Shown here piece after piece: positions 22,044 to 36,664 of a stretch of 64,000 bases of DNA. Position 1 is the first letter of the stretch; each line of letters starts with the position of its first letter. The position numbers and the translations under genes were made by a program. This DNA comes from Anolis carolinensis. Taxonomy: Eukaryota. Location of the stretch: contig NC_085844.1 in assembly GCF_035594765.1 (NCBI RefSeq), forward strand, positions 85,017,923 to 85,081,922. Direction: 5' to 3'. A model generated the notes under the pieces. It saw only the letters and a program-made list of their open reading frames with translations, did no database searches and was not told the origin of the DNA.

Positions 22044-23730
22044 CCTTTGCTATCTTGAACTCTCTGATTTGGCTTGACCCTGCATGTTCTGATTTTCATA
22101 ATTGCTGACAATATAACTTCTGGATTTCTCTCACACACTCTGTTAGGGCCATTAATAAAAAGAGAATTTGATTGTTGTCTGTATGTGGCTTTACAACCTA
22201 GGCATCCATATGCAATGGTGAAGTAATATGGGCATCATTCATATTCCTTTTGGAGGCTTGGGTTTTTTTCTTTATTTGCTTTACAAATTTCCTTGCCATT
22301 TTGTAGAGAATGTGCAGAAATGAACAAAGAGAGAGAAGGAAACTGGATGTATGAAGGGAAGAGAAAAACCTAGGAAAGGGGAAAATTGGGCTAAAGAAGA
22401 CTTAGAAGAGAAGAGGCAAAGAAAAGAGATGATGTGTTCCATTGTAGTCATTCTTGTGCTGTCTGTTATAATTACAGTCTGCAGTTAATGTCAAAGGAAG
22501 TAGGAACCAACCATTTTTAAAATAGTAGATGCCATTTGAACTGCCCAGATTCCCATGGGAAATTAAAACAGCAGCCACTCAAATTCTACACTAACAAATT
22601 TTTGCTCTACCTCTGAAAGATGAACAAAACAAACCTACCAATTTTCATGTGTGCAAAATGACGATGGCCCTTGTCAGTTTGGTCCTGTCATTGTCCCTGT
22701 CCAGATGACAGCAGAGTGAGATGTGATAGAAGAACTTATCAACCTTTCCCATACAATACAGAGTACTCATCTGTTTGTGAAAAAAGATCCTTCAGCACAG
22801 TACTTGGATCTGCCAATAGGGGATGTAAGTGGGTTTTGTGCAGCCATTATCACTACTTCGCATAATGTTCACAGCAGCTGTAAGTGGTTTGTGAATCACA
22901 GTGCTAACAATGCAGCTAATAATACAGTTTTGTATTTTGTCACTTTATGTCCTCATTGTAGAGCAGATGGAATGTTATCATTTCATAATGAATACTTTGT
23001 AAGGTTTAATGTTTCATAATGGAGGATTGGGCATGCACTGAAATTACCATCAATCAATGGAAGAAAATGGCTTTTGTGAGAAGTTTATGCTTCTTCGTTA
23101 TGGAAACATTTGAGTAATAAAGACTCATTGCCCCATTTTCATTCAAATGCACTTGATATCCTCTTAGCAAACAATATTCTTCTTCTTTGAGTAACAGGTT
23201 AGAGAATATAGTTCAAGGCAAAATAAGTCTTTATATTTTTGAAATGTGATGTTGACATTTGTTCTGTTTACTAGAAATGTTTCTTTATACAATTCACCTC
23301 TTAATCACCAGGAGAAACGGCAGCATTGAAGCAACTCTTGACAACCTAAAGTGTACCCGTTGTTTCATCAATGTTTGTTTGACAGGGTAGATAGTCATAG
23401 TTATATAGCCTCTAGTCCTTGAAGAATAAACTAAGAATATGTAGGGCATGATCCAAAAAGACCCTATCAATTTTTAAGATTGTTCTGTACATTCAAAAGA
23501 AATTATGAGTTTTATATTCTGTCAACAACTAAGGATGTAAAAAAAATGTCAATCTGGATTAAATTGTTTTTTCCCTCTGAACCCCATTTGCATTTTCTTC
23601 TGGTACTTGATCTGTATTGACTTAAACTGTACTTTCTCAGAAAAATATGCCTGTACCTTGGTACACACTTTTCCTGAAGTTTGCACCTTTAACATTTGTT
23701 TAAATTCATTCAGTTTTGTATGCTATTTTA

Positions 23731-24054
23731 GGTAAAGGTAAAGGTTTCTCCTGACATTAAGTCCAGTCGTGTCTGACTTTGGGGGTTGGTGCTCATCTCA
23801 ATTTCTAAGCCAAAGAGCCGGCATTGTCTATAGACACCTCCAAGGTCACGTGGCCGGCATGACTGCATGGAGCGCTGTTAACTTCCCGCCGTAGCAGTAC
23901 CTATTGATCTACTCACATTTGCATGTTTTTGAACTGCTAGTTTGGCAGAAGCTGGAGCTAACAGAGGACGCTCACTCTGCTCCCCGGGTTTGAACCTGGG
24001 ACCTTTCAGTTTGCAAGTTCAGCAGCTCAGTGCTTTAACACACTGAGCCACCAG
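23731..24054 (-). mobile_element. Sauria SINE
   Basis: Typical body and (ACCTTT) tail. Perfect 19-bp target duplication agttttgtatgctatttta (23712-23730 and 24055-24073). Confidence 0.95.
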
Positions 24055-24259
24055 AGTTTTGTATGCTATTTTACAATTGACCAAATTATGTTTCTCTGGA
24101 TATTTCTTTAAAAACAAACAAACAAACACCAAACCATGATAATCATGATTTCCACCAATGACAGGAACCAGGAAATATATATTTGTTTCTGCTAATAGTC
24201 TAACAGACAATGAAAATAATAATGTATGGATATTGTGAAATTATTTTCCATCCCTAGTA

Positions 24260-24679
24260 CCCTGTTTCCCCGAAAATAAGACATCCCCGAAAAATAAGAC
24301 CCAGTAGAAGTTTTGCTGAATTGCTAAATATAAGGCCTCCCCTGAAAGTAAGGCCTAGCAAAGTTTTTGTTTGGAAGCATGCCCAGCACCTGACAAACAG
24401 AACACCAGAGAATGCAGGATTGGTAAATGTACATACCAGTTGTACATGGAAATAATGGTAGTAACAAGAAATTCTTGATATGACTCACAGTTTGTCTGGT
24501 TATGTTGGTTTGTGATGACAACTACTGTACAGTATAGATTAAATGTTCATTTTTTTGTTCAACAATAAATGTGAATTCTTCTTCATGGAAAAATAAGACA
24601 TCCCCTGAAAATAAGACCTAGCACATCTTTGGGAGCAAAAATTAATATAAGACACTGTCTTATTTTCGGGGAAACACAG
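24260..24679. mobile_element. pogo/Tigger-like MITE
   Basis: Inverted repeats ccctgtttccccgaaaataagaca / tgtcttattttcggggaaacacag, TA on both sides, reiterated aaataagac subterminal motifs. Confidence 0.9.
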
Positions 24680-26026
24680 TAGTAGCTCCTCATGCCATGT
24701 ATTTTGGATGACTAATCATTAAAGGAAGTTTTCCAGAGAGATGGAAATGGCTGTTGACTGAAGGTAGATTTCTCATGGCACTTGAGTCTATGGCATATGG
24801 TTTAAACAAATATTGTTTAAGTATTTGTGTAAGGTACCTTGTGCAATCCAGGGCAAATAAAAACCAATTAAAATACATTTTTTAAAAAAATATAAAAACT
24901 GTCTACACTGGCGAAAAATCATACCAAAACATGCACATGTTTATATACAGGAAGGTGTGTGAGTGTGTGTAAATTATCAACCAAATGTTGAAATAAAAAG
25001 GAATGAGAATGCACCAAATATGAAACTTGCAGGTTTTCTAACCTTTGTCTGCTTCTGTGATTCATCCAGACTGGCAGTACTTCATATTGCTTCATGATGC
25101 TTCTTGTTGTTTCTAGTCCCTTCCCTGATCAAACATTCTCATGACCTTTCTTTAAAACTTCAGTATTGCAGATTATTCACATCTGTGACTGACACCAAGG
25201 GAAGGGCTAATTCAGAAGGCCAGAGTGAGGACTAATGCCAATGGTAAGTCTCTTTCCAATTAGTTAACAAAATTGCTGGAAGCTTGGGATTCATGCACCT
25301 GTTACCAATTTAAATTCAAACATGAATGTTCTATTTGTAAGGTATTCCAATACTTTCGGCATTGTGCAAAATAAAGTTCAGTAGGCTCTAAAAATCAGTC
25401 AGAGAAGAAAGTACATGGAGTCCTTCTGCAATTAGGCCCCCCTGTGCCTAACCAAAGGATTTCATTTTGTGGGCTTCATTAGTAACTGAGTTGATGAAAT
25501 GTGACATTTGTCTTCATTTGGCTTTCTGTCAATTTATTGTATGGATTTTTTTTTACTAACAATATTTGTAGGTTTTTCATTTTAATGAGTTGTTTTATAT
25601 AGCCTGGGCTCTTCCTATATGGTGCTCAGTGTTATGTTCTGCCTTTGAAAGTTTAGTACTTTTCTTAAGTTTAAGGCAGGGCAGAGTGGGAATCATTTTA
25701 TTGTTCTTTTCCTTTTATCCAAGCTGAGACAAAAGCAAGCAAGAATGTATTTCATTAGTCAAAAAGTTCATTCACTCACACATAGCGAAAGAGAGGGCCC
25801 TAGTACTAATTTGGTTTTCTGGGGTATCAAAATCAATGTTAATGCTCAGCATTGTAGACTTCTTGTGATAAAATTTGATGTCTGCATTCTTGGGATTTAA
25901 CAAGGCTACCCTTCAAGAGTTTTTAATTGACCATTCGAACTTTTCTTGTGGGGTTGTAGTCTATGTAAAGTCTTTTTGCCGTCTTTCTCTTTGTGATGCT
26001 ATTTATGATGTAAGTCAATCAACCAA

Positions 26027-26355
26027 GGAGCCCTGGTGGTGAAGTGTGTTAAAGCACTGAGCTGCTGAACTTGCAGACCAAAAGGTCCCAGGTTCAAATC
26101 CCGGGAGCAGAGTGAGCGCCCGCTGTTAGCTCCAGCTTCTGCCAACCTAGCAGTTCAAAAACATGCCAATGTGAGTAGATCAATAGGTACCGTTCTGGCA
26201 GGAAGGTAACAGTGCTCCATCCAGTCATGCCGTCCACATGACCTTGGAGGTGTCTACGGACAACGCTGGCTCTTTGGCTTAGAAATTGAGATGAGTACCA
26301 ACCCCCAGAGTCAGACATGACTGGACTTAACGTCAGGGGAAACCTTTACTTTTTA
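26027..26355 (+). mobile_element. Sauria SINE, full length
   Basis: A and B boxes (tggtgaagtgtg, ggttcaaatcc) and body. Target duplication caatcaa(c/a)caa at 26016-26026 and 26356-26366. Confidence 0.95.
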
Positions 26356-26817
26356 CAATCAAACAATAGAATCCTGCTTACTAGGGGAATTAAGGAGTTT
26401 TTTGTCTCCTCCTTTTGGAGGGGTTATTTACATCTTTATGATGCATTGCAGGTGTCCTCTGACACAGCTGAGTCCATAGGTTTTGTCAGCAGTCAAACCC
26501 TCTGTCCACTTCTGGTGTGATAACATGGTGGCAGCTGAGGTTATCAGATCTATGTCCTCCAGGTCCCTTAAGATTTGAGCATTTGATCTGCAGCATCTGC
26601 ATTATAATATTTTATTTTTATGTTTATTCGAGTCAAACTGATGAACACGTCAATTGAATTTTTATATATAGGATAACTTTGTTGGGAAAAATAAAATTCT
26701 GAAAGTTTTGTTATGCTATATTGAGCCTAAATGACTCCATCTTACATTGACACTCTTGGGGAATTACCATAATTTCTGTTGTGTGCTGGACTCTGTTTTT
26801 GTTACTGCTGTTCTATA

Positions 26818-27125
26818 CAGTAGAGTCTCACTTATCCAACATAAACAGGCTGGCAGAACGTTGAATAAGTGAATATGTTGGATAATAAGGAGGGATTAAG
26901 GAAAAGCCTATTAAACATCAAATTAGGTTATGATTTTACAAATTAAGCACCAAAACATCATGTTATACAACAAATTTGACAGAAAAAGTAGTTCAATACA
27001 CAGTAATGCTACGTAGTAATTACTGTATTTACAAATTTAGCACCAAAATATCACGATGTATTGAAAACATTGACTACAAAAATGTGTTGGATAATCCAGA
27101 ACATTGGATAAGTAAGACTCTACTG
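26818..27125. mobile_element. Tc1/mariner MITE
   Basis: TA-cagtagagtctcacttatcc ... ggataagtaagactctactg-TA. Confidence 0.92.
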
Positions 27126-28860
27126 TATTTATAAAAGTGCTGCAACTGCAATATCTTGTACCCAAATGTTGAATGTAATTAGGACATTTAGTATGGTCAT
27201 GTAGACAAAAGATAAGGATTACCATATGTATGTCTACCATATATGCATTAGAAGTGAAAAATAACTTTTGCTCATTTATTCTTTGACTTTCTTTATGTAA
27301 CTCTGAAAAGTTCTATAAATTGCTGATGCTTTGAATAATGTTATTTTGACTTGACTAGTATTGTGAGTAGGTTGGACTAAAAGCAGTATTGGCTCTTAGT
27401 GGATCATTTAGCTAAAGATTCCGTTGTTGTTTTTCTTCTTGTTGTTAATGTTCAGGGCTCATTCCAGCTCTTATTCCATCAGTGAGCTGGTATCTCAATC
27501 TTACCCAATAATCTTATCAAGAACTGCAAAAACTCACTATTTGGAACATGTCAAATTTTGCAGTTTTATGTCACCAATCCTCAGATCATTGCATAAAATT
27601 TGCATCGCTTATGGTTCAAAATTCCTGGCAGAAATACTTGGCACACTTGAAACCAAACATCAACCTCATTATTATCATCATAAAAGCTGAAAGCCTATGG
27701 TGAGAATTGAGTAGTGAGCCTTTGTCTAAAATAGTCCTACCCAATAATCTTCAGGACTGGTGTTCTTGGGAATTATAAGCATAATGATAGAAGAAGTCAA
27801 TGATTCTATCACAGAACTGTATTTCCTAATGTGAAGATTCACACCTTTTCCAACCAGTATGGAGAATATGTTCCTTGTGTTCATATTGACTTTGAAACAA
27901 GGAGATCCACTAAAATCATAGCTGTCACAAGCCTAGAGTTTGAACAATAATGGAAGCATTTCCAGCTTTATCTCTGCTTAGCAGCTGGCTTCTCCAGAAA
28001 ACATTAAAATGAGCTTTGGTAATATCCAGCCTACTACTACCTCATGCTCTGATCTTATAGCCTTTCCATAATATTTTTTCATCACAGATGATCAGTGCTT
28101 TATAAAATGTGGTGCAATAATGCTTTCTACTTCCTCTCAGATCTCTTTCCAAATGTGCATATATATTAAACCTGATATGAATGCAAGCAGCAAAACACTT
28201 GATTTTTTCCCTTTTTTAAAACAGAGACCATCTGATTATTATTATGTGCATTGCCGCATCCCAATATTCTTTGTTCTTTGTTCTATTGTAGTATTTTATT
28301 TTATTGCTTTAAAACTGTGTGTAAATATTATTTGGGCAATGTTTAAACTCAACAGGGATTAATTTTCTAATAGGGATTTTGAAAGAAAGCAGCAAAGGAA
28401 GGAATAGCTTTTAAAGGTTTTAAAGCAAGTTTCCTGCTGTGTGGATTTTGCTTGTGTGACTGAATGTGTGTGGATGAAAGTCTGCTCAATTTTGAACACT
28501 TTTCACTGGGCTTGCATTGCAGAGCTCATGGAGAGAAGACTCCAGCGAAGAGAATTCATTGAATGAGTTCATGCAGCAATTCTCCTCACTAGAACCTTCT
28601 CTGCAGGGCTTTAGTTCAAAAACTCAGAGGAGATTTAAAGGGAGGAAAAACCCACATTCAGGATATATGCTTTCCGTTTCCACCACACTGCTTTCAAAGC
28701 CAAATGTGTCCTTCAATATTATGAATGCCTAGGTTTCCTTAACATCACCAATGCCAAGTTTGAATATTTCAAAACAGCCCCTTCTTTTGGTTGAATGAAA
28801 CTTTTTAGTACTTAGAACTAAAAAGTAAGTGAAGTTGATGGTTGGTGATATGGCTTTATA

Positions 28861-29430
28861 ATAATAAGAATAATAATAACTTTATTTTTATATCCCGCCC
28901 CATCTCCCTGAAGGGACTTGGAGCGGCTTACATGGGGCCATGCCCGACAACAATACAATAACAGCAATGAAACAATAAAACAAGGTCAACAATAAAACAA
29001 TGTCATATTAATAAAAACATAACATCAATGAACAGTTATAAAAGTCAGCGCATGGCATAAAATGGTTAAAAAACAGAGCTAAAAACGCGGAGCTGGGCCC
29101 AGAGGAAAAACTTCAGCCTGGTAGAGGTAGTTACACAATTTAAAATCAATAAAGTGCTAAATAATCGTGGCCAGGCAACCTAATATCGCATGAGCAGGAA
29201 AATCAACCCTATAATAATTAGCCCTCAAAGGCTTTTTGGAAGAGCCAGGTCTTAAGGCTCTTCCGGAAGGAGAGTAGGGTAGGGGCCTGCCTGATCTCCC
29301 TAGGGAGGGAGTTCCAAAGCCGGGGGGGGCACGATGGAGAAGGCCCTCTCTCTCGTCCCCACCAGCCGCGACTGCGAAGGTGGTGGAAGCGAGAGGAGGG
29401 CCTCCCCTGACGAGTGGAGAGAACGCTTTG
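28861..29430 (-). mobile_element. L2 LINE 3' end
   Basis: PRLWNSLPREIRQAPTLLSFRKSLKTWLFQKAF, followed by 3' UTR and the conserved L2 tail. Confidence 0.9.
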
Positions 29431-30182
29431 ACTATCAATTAACAGCATGGCAAAACAAGGTTTCTCCCACTATCCAAAAAAAGAATGACCCAAAACACTG
29501 ATGAATTGCAATGCATTTAATAAATGGATTTCGTATATTCTTGTTTGGATACAGTTGGAACATAAATACCAACAGTGCTTGATAAAGAAAGTTGGACAAC
29601 ATGAACAGTGAAATCAGTGGGACAGATTGCATTTCCAGCTCCGTATTTTGTGAGCCTTTGAACAGGTTTCACACCCCCTTCACCCCAAGCAGTGACACCT
29701 CCTCCTTTCCCCCATTACTACTTATACTGAATGTCATTTTGTCAGTTCACTTGAGAGGAAGAAAGCTATAGAGAATATGCATATAGTGATGTGGGATGAC
29801 ATGGGAAAAGACCATCTTAGTCATGGTCCCACAACTGTACAATGCTGTCTCCTTGGACCCTCAAATGGCACCAATATCAGCTTCACTTCAGAACCAAATA
29901 AAACATTTAAAAATGTAATTGGTAAATATCTAATATTTCCCCAAATGCACATATTTACTAGTAAAATGTGTTTTAATTTACTAATTTTTATTTCTTTTCT
30001 TTAAATTGTTTTGATTTGATTTGTATGGCACACTGAGATTCAAAATTATAAGGCAAAATACAAATGTGTTAATGAAGTAATAAAGTACCACTCCCATTTC
30101 TGTGAGTCATACCTTCCAAGACCACTCCTCCCACTGGATACTTAAAACTTAGGATAATAGTGAATCTCATATTTTGACTATA

Positions 30183-30526
30183 CAGTGTTCCCTCTCTACT
30201 TCGCGGTTCACTTTTCGTGGATTCTCTGTTTTGCGGTTTTTCAATAAACTCTAAAAGACTATTATAAATAAGTAAAAAATTACAATTTACAGCCTAAGGA
30301 AGGGTGGAAGACAAAGCCAAAGGAAGAGAAAAGGTGCCCAAGCGGCAACGGGAGGAGGAGGAGGAGATTTATCAACACACGATTGGTTGATAAAGACTTA
30401 AAATAGCGTATAACTACTAAAATAATGTATAAATATTAAAATAAATATAGTGTCCCTACTTCACGGATTTTCACTTATTGCGGATGGTCCTGGAACCTAA
30501 CCCCAGAAATAAGTGAGGGAACAATG
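30183..30526. mobile_element. Tc1/mariner (Tigger-like) MITE nested in an older MITE (about 30085-30665)
   Basis: TA-cagtgttccctc ... gagggaacaatg-TA. Confidence 0.85.
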
Positions 30527-32419
30527 TATATCCACTGGAAGCATACAATAGAATCACACTCGGGGACCTAGGAAGACCAGCAAAAACTTCTGAGGAAGGT
30601 ATTTTTTAGGGATATGGGTAAGTGAAGCCATGAATATCAAATCCATGGTTAAGCAGAGTATACTGTAAATTAAAAAAAAGAAAAAGAAATATAACACTGG
30701 CTGCATGCACTTCATAATACTTTTCTTTGTTTGCTATCTTTGATCAAGAAAGAAGTGAAGAAAGCAAGCATCTCTATGGTAGTGCTGATAAAGAACTGCA
30801 GCAAAGAGCAGCAGTTTTTTTGGTGATGGTTCCTCTGCAGAACCAGGTGCTCTGACTGGTGACCATTCATACTCATCTTTCCTGGTGGTATGTAAGATCA
30901 AGTGAATCCAGAATCCTACAAGATCGTCAGCCTTCTCTGTCAAATTAAAACTGATAGGATTCCATAACGTTGACCCATGTCAGTTAAAATGATATCAAAC
31001 TTCATTAATTCTACATTGTAGGTGCATCCTATGTTGTCACACGGTCCTAAGGCTATTTTTAAAGTATGTTTCCCTTACCTTGATCTGAGTTGCACAAGAA
31101 AGGATGCAGGAGTTCTACCTTATACGAATTTTGTTAATTGAGGTTAACGTACATTTACAGAGTGGGACAGCATGTGGCTTGAGCAATTTGTATACATTAT
31201 TATGATACTAAAGAACATGAATTAACCCATAAAAAGTAAACAGAGGATTGCCTTTGAAGCTAGCAGTAAAAAAAAAATCTGTTGAAAAGTCAACAACATA
31301 TCCTATTCCAACAGAGAAGTCAGATGAGTATAAAGCCTCAAAAATATTTTTTTTCTAGTTGCACGTAGATCTGCACTAGCTATGTTCACAGAGGCAATAA
31401 TGCTGAAATACTGACATTTTGAAAAGAAGAGGGGTTCATCTAATTGGGAAAGAATGTCACAACACTTCTCAGTCTATGGTTCTGTTGAAATTGTACCATG
31501 GAGAAACACAGTGGATACAAAACGAATGTGAAAGTCCCTATGGACCTGTACTGACAAGCCAAAATTAATTAACTTGAAATGTTGGATGATTTTTTTAAAA
31601 TTAAAAACATATTTTGAGTGTTTAATTTAAATAGACATTGCACCATTATAGCTAAAGTTGATAGTGTTTGTTTTTGAAGGCAGGACAAAAAATCATGTTA
31701 ACCTCTCACAAGAAATTGGGTGGGAAATGCAGAAGCTCCCAGACAAACACTTCTGTCTGAGTACATTGAGTTGTTTGGATTTCTTCCTGTCTTTCAAATT
31801 TATCTGAGTGTTTTGAGAATCACAAACACCATGAAAAATGCTCTTTCTGTTGCTACATACCATCACAGCATATGCATGGCATGCATCTTGTCTCAACAGA
31901 TCTGCATATGGCCAGTGAATGGTGAGCTCATGATCATTAGAATCAAGTCATTTTGTCTCTTCTTTCAGACATAGATCATATCCTTTAAAATGGTTTTCTT
32001 TTGGGTCATATGAAATCATTAGAATTTGGAAAATATGCCTTCTTTGGATTACCATTTATAACTGTAGTATAACTAGTCCAACTATATTTGCTAATTAGAG
32101 TAAACCCATTGACTCACTAACATTTACATAAGCGTTCACTTGTCAATGGGATTTTTCCAAGTTCTGGCTGAAACGGAAGGTCCTGTTGATCTCACTCCAT
32201 TCATCTCTTTTTATCTGTGAAACTCAAACCTATTAGTTAAGGTTCAATAGACATCATATGGGAAAGTTCATCCAAAGTAATTAACTGGCCAATCACATTG
32301 TCATGAATACTTTTTGAACCTTAAAAATGTTCTATAATCTGTTTTCAGTGGGCCAGAGTATCAGGCACTTTCAGAGAAAGTAGGCAAACCAACTCCAATA
32401 CTGGGTTTTATAATAACTA

Positions 32420-33077
32420 CAGTAGAGGCTCTCTTATCCAACATAATGAGCCAGCAAAACATTGGATAAGCAAAAATGTTGGATAATAAAGAGGGATGTA
32501 GATATGAATTTTGTAAATTGGATGTTGCTCATCCTGTTTGTGAGAAGAACTGGTTGAATTCCTTGTTGTGGTGACACGTTTTGTTTTTAGTTGTTTGTAA
32601 TTTGTGTAGTTTTTTGATTTCATTAAATGGTAAGTGATCATTTCTACAATATGAAAAGAACAGAAAGTGCTGTCATTATATAAATAAAGGTGTTTTGGTT
32701 ATGTTCACAATACTCTCCTGGAGCATGGCATTCTCCTATTCCCCTTTGGGGCCTCTGAAACTGTAAGGAGTCAGATATGAAGAGATGTGATATAATAAAG
32801 CAGCATTAACTCACAGTTTTTCTTGAGGTTCAGTCTCACTTTGTGACCATAGTTTTAATCTCATCTGCTTTCCCACTGCCCTGGGGTATTTGAGTGCTTA
32901 GAATATGGATATTCTGGTAATGTATAATAGGCCGGACGCAGTGTCCGACAGGAAATGTCTGTGCCGGCTGCATCTCGCCCCTTCCGGCGGGCACCTGGCG
33001 CTCAGAGAGGCCCGCTGACTGCATTGGATAATACAGAACGTTGGATGAGCAAAGGTTGGATAAGCGAGACTCTACTG
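32420..33077. mobile_element. Tc1/mariner non-autonomous element, 658 bp, same termini as 26818-27125 but different interior
   Basis: TA-cagtagaggctctcttatccaac ... gttggataagcgagactctactg-TA. Confidence 0.85.
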
Positions 33078-35830
33078 TATATTGGTTACACAGACAAAAG
33101 GGGAAACATCAAATATACTCTAATATTCACTCAATCTTTACATTCAACATTCATAATCACCTTCCTTCTTCATTTAGGCTTCTTGGATGGAGATGGGTGT
33201 TCAGAATGCTGCATCTCTGCAGGTTTGGCATATAGTTGAAGGTGAAAAGGGTCTCCTTATGTAGCAGGTTTTGTTATTGTTATACCTGATTGTTTAGACA
33301 ACCTGCCATTCAGCTCAGACTTGATGGAGAGTCATCAGTTCTAGAACAGAACTTTAACTTTCTTAACTTAAAGAGTCATTGTCTCTGACTATGTAAACAT
33401 GTGTTGTTTACATCAAAAGTTCTCAGGTCAGTTCTCATTAGTTCAGCAGTTTTTTTCATTAGCACTTTTCATGCCAAAGTTAATCAAATTTTTACCTCCT
33501 TTGTTTCTCCATAATGGCATTTCAGGTTTCAGTTTTAGGATGGTGCCTTCAGCCTTGCCAGACCTTAATAGGCCCCTGCCAGACCCCAAGTATACAATTT
33601 AAGTCAATCCATACATCACATTGTGAATAGTTAGAATGAAAGATAGAAACATGACAAAACAGAATGGACACATGCAATGGAACTCTGTGCTGAAGACATT
33701 GAGATAGGCCTGAGTTATTGACTTCCTAAAGATCATTCCATATTGGAGCCTGGAGAGCATAGTATTAGCTCCTTTGTAACTCTGAATGTTAATAGGTAAG
33801 ATCTTCATGCCGATTGTTTTTGTAGTGCTTTTACAACCTTTTGTTGACCTTTTATACTGTTTTATATTGTTGTTTTTAATATTGTTTTATATTATTGCTT
33901 TTTCAATACTGTTTTTATCTGTGTGAATGTGAATGGCTTTTGGTGTGGATATTAATAATCAGAGATGTAATTCTGTATTAACACTTTTACCTGGATCACT
34001 AAATGTGAAGGATGTGTCCATGAGTTAGCAAATATGATGAACTTATGTGTTCTAAGTAGTCAACATTCTACCTGCTTAACTTACTCCCATGAAAATCAGT
34101 GAAAAGTATAAGCTTCACTATGTGCAATAAACCTATGAGGCAGACTAATAAATAGCACTCTATAAAAGTGTCAAAGATGGAATATATGGACTAACAGATT
34201 TGGAAAGCTAAATTCAAGTAAGTTGCAGAATGAGCTCTTAATAAACAATCTGGCATTGAACAGCAATTGTATTTTCAGAGTTTTGAGAAAAGTAGATTAG
34301 AATGAGTGATGAGCTGACACATCACGCAAATCAAAACAACTAGATTTAAATAGCCATAGCGATAGGTGAATTATTTCATTAATTTTAAACATATGCAATA
34401 TATATAATTAATTTTTAATTTCTTATATTTGAAACCAATCTGTTATTATAAAAGCTAAAGTTTAACTAAACCCTTGATGCACTGTGTTATTTTAATGTTC
34501 ATGATGGTTAAAATGACCCTTCTGCTTTGAGTGATTTGTTATTCATGTATATATTAGAGTTTCCATGATGCTTCATGTTTTGTTCATATTAGTAATACTC
34601 CTCACAAATTGTAGTAAGATTTTGTTTCTGTTTTCATAAAAATAATATGTAGAACATTGCTTTGTTTTATTTGAATGAAAAATATGGAAAAATCATATAA
34701 CATTAAATAATTCAGCAGAATTAAAAACAAATCTCAGGATGTATCACTTTAGATACATTTTTGAAGAGAAAAGCTAAACATTTTGATAAATCTAGATCAA
34801 TTTCATAGGATGGGCAAAGCTGAACTTCCCAGCAAATAAAACTGATAAATTGTGCCCGTCCTGCATGTTGATATATTACCCAAATATAATAATTTCTATT
34901 TGTGCTTTTGGAAACAACAGAGTAAGACACATACGACAAACCATATAGATAGATTTGCTAATCAAAAAGTATAATGTACAGCCAATGGGAATCATTTCAC
35001 ACATTATGTGACATGCAGCTTATTTTTTTCATAATGAACAACATAATAGTCTCATAATGACATTTATACATCAATGATTGAGTTGAGAACCTCCTGCTAT
35101 GGCAAATTTTAAACTGAAGGTGCTTATATTGTGGATGATAAATTATAAAGCTTCATATTTTAGTGAAAATACTAAGCATTGCCTCATAGTAAGTGGAAGA
35201 CATGTGCTATTTTGCATAATGTCATTCCTCTTGCTGATCTCTCTCAAGCCATTGCTCAATATGAAAATATAATACTGTGATCCCATATAGAAAATTAATA
35301 GGAATTTAGATATTTGATCACTTTCATTAACCCCAGGCTCAAAAGCAATCTCAGAGGGTTAGGTTTTAGGCCTAATCTCATCTAATCACTTATGCATCTT
35401 CATTTCCGTATTAAATCCCATTCCCTCTGCTTGTCTTAGGGTATATAATTAAAAGAACAAAAGAGACCAAACTGATCTCAGTCCAAAGGAATTCACAACT
35501 CAATTCTGAAGGAATATATATGTGGTTATCTCAAAAAGAAAAAAAAAGAAAAAACCAAAATCAATACAGGATCCAGTGGCAAATATCCAGTGATTGATTA
35601 GGACTTTCCAATCCAATGGAACTGGGAAAAAATAATTCCTCTCCTTACTCCAGATCTTTCCATATAGTCCAAATCAGTCTGGCAGGAATGGGAAACCCAC
35701 TGGAGCTACTTCTCAGGCATCATAGGGGCTGCAGGGGAAGAAGAACATTCTGGTGTAAGCACCAATATGAGAGGCCAGGTATATTTAGTCATCAATTTCT
35801 TGGCTTTCTCATATAACTCTAAAAAAAAAA

Positions 35831-35976
35831 AAGGTAAAGGTTTTCCCCTGATGTTAAGTCCAGCCGTGACCAACTCTGGGGGTTGGTGCTCATCTTCATT
35901 TCTAAGCCGAAGAGCCGACGTTGTCCATAGACATCTCCAGGTCATGTGGCCGGCATGATTGCATGGAGTGCCGTTA
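35831..35976 (-). mobile_element. Sauria SINE, 5'-truncated
   Basis: 3' body only. Target duplication tataactctaaa (35812-35823 and 35975-35986). Confidence 0.92.
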
Positions 35977-36664
35977 TAACTCTAAAGGATGAAATTTGCC
36001 CTAGTATAGCCTATAAGTCAAAGGGCAAAATAATTAATTCAGGCAAGTATATATGTGGGGATGTGTCTATTTATCAGTCAGGGTCATTAAGAAACTAGCT
36101 ACAGATTAGATAAATGCCAGATGCCCTGCAATATGCACAAGACAAGAAATGCCTCTACACTTGTACCCAAGAGAGGACAGCAGCCATAAGACTCATTTGT
36201 GAGATGTGAATTGGAAGTAACCTTCAAAAACCTAGGCACACAATCATTAGATAACCATCCCAGGAACTGGCTGATGACAGGTATATAAGGCAAGTATAAA
36301 TAGAATATGAGCAAAGGTAGAGAACCTTGCTGGTATGATTCAAAGATATAACTATTAGTCTGTAATATTATGCAGAGGGATACTGTAGGCTTAGAGAAGT
36401 TGATAACATAAACTCTCATAGACTTCATTTGCTTCATCACCTGCTTAGAGTAAAATGCCTGGGAACACATCTTTATAGCTATAACTGAACAGCTTTCATG
36501 TGTGAATTATAATACAAGTAAAAAAAAACCTTGTGGGTATAGTGATGAGGTGACAATCTCAGTTTAAATGAGGATTGCTGGAGGACAAATGCAGGATAAT
36601 AGATGTTGCCTCAAACCAAAGTGAGAACAGTTAAAAAAAAACAATAGAGTATGAAAATAAACAT

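Noticed and set aside
25145-25248. Possible exon ending in a strong donor (atg|gtaagt)
   Set aside because: All three frames contain stops and there is no other support.
26027-26105. tRNA genes at SINE heads
   Set aside because: A and B boxes are present but there is no complete cloverleaf, and they continue into Sauria or POM-type SINE bodies.
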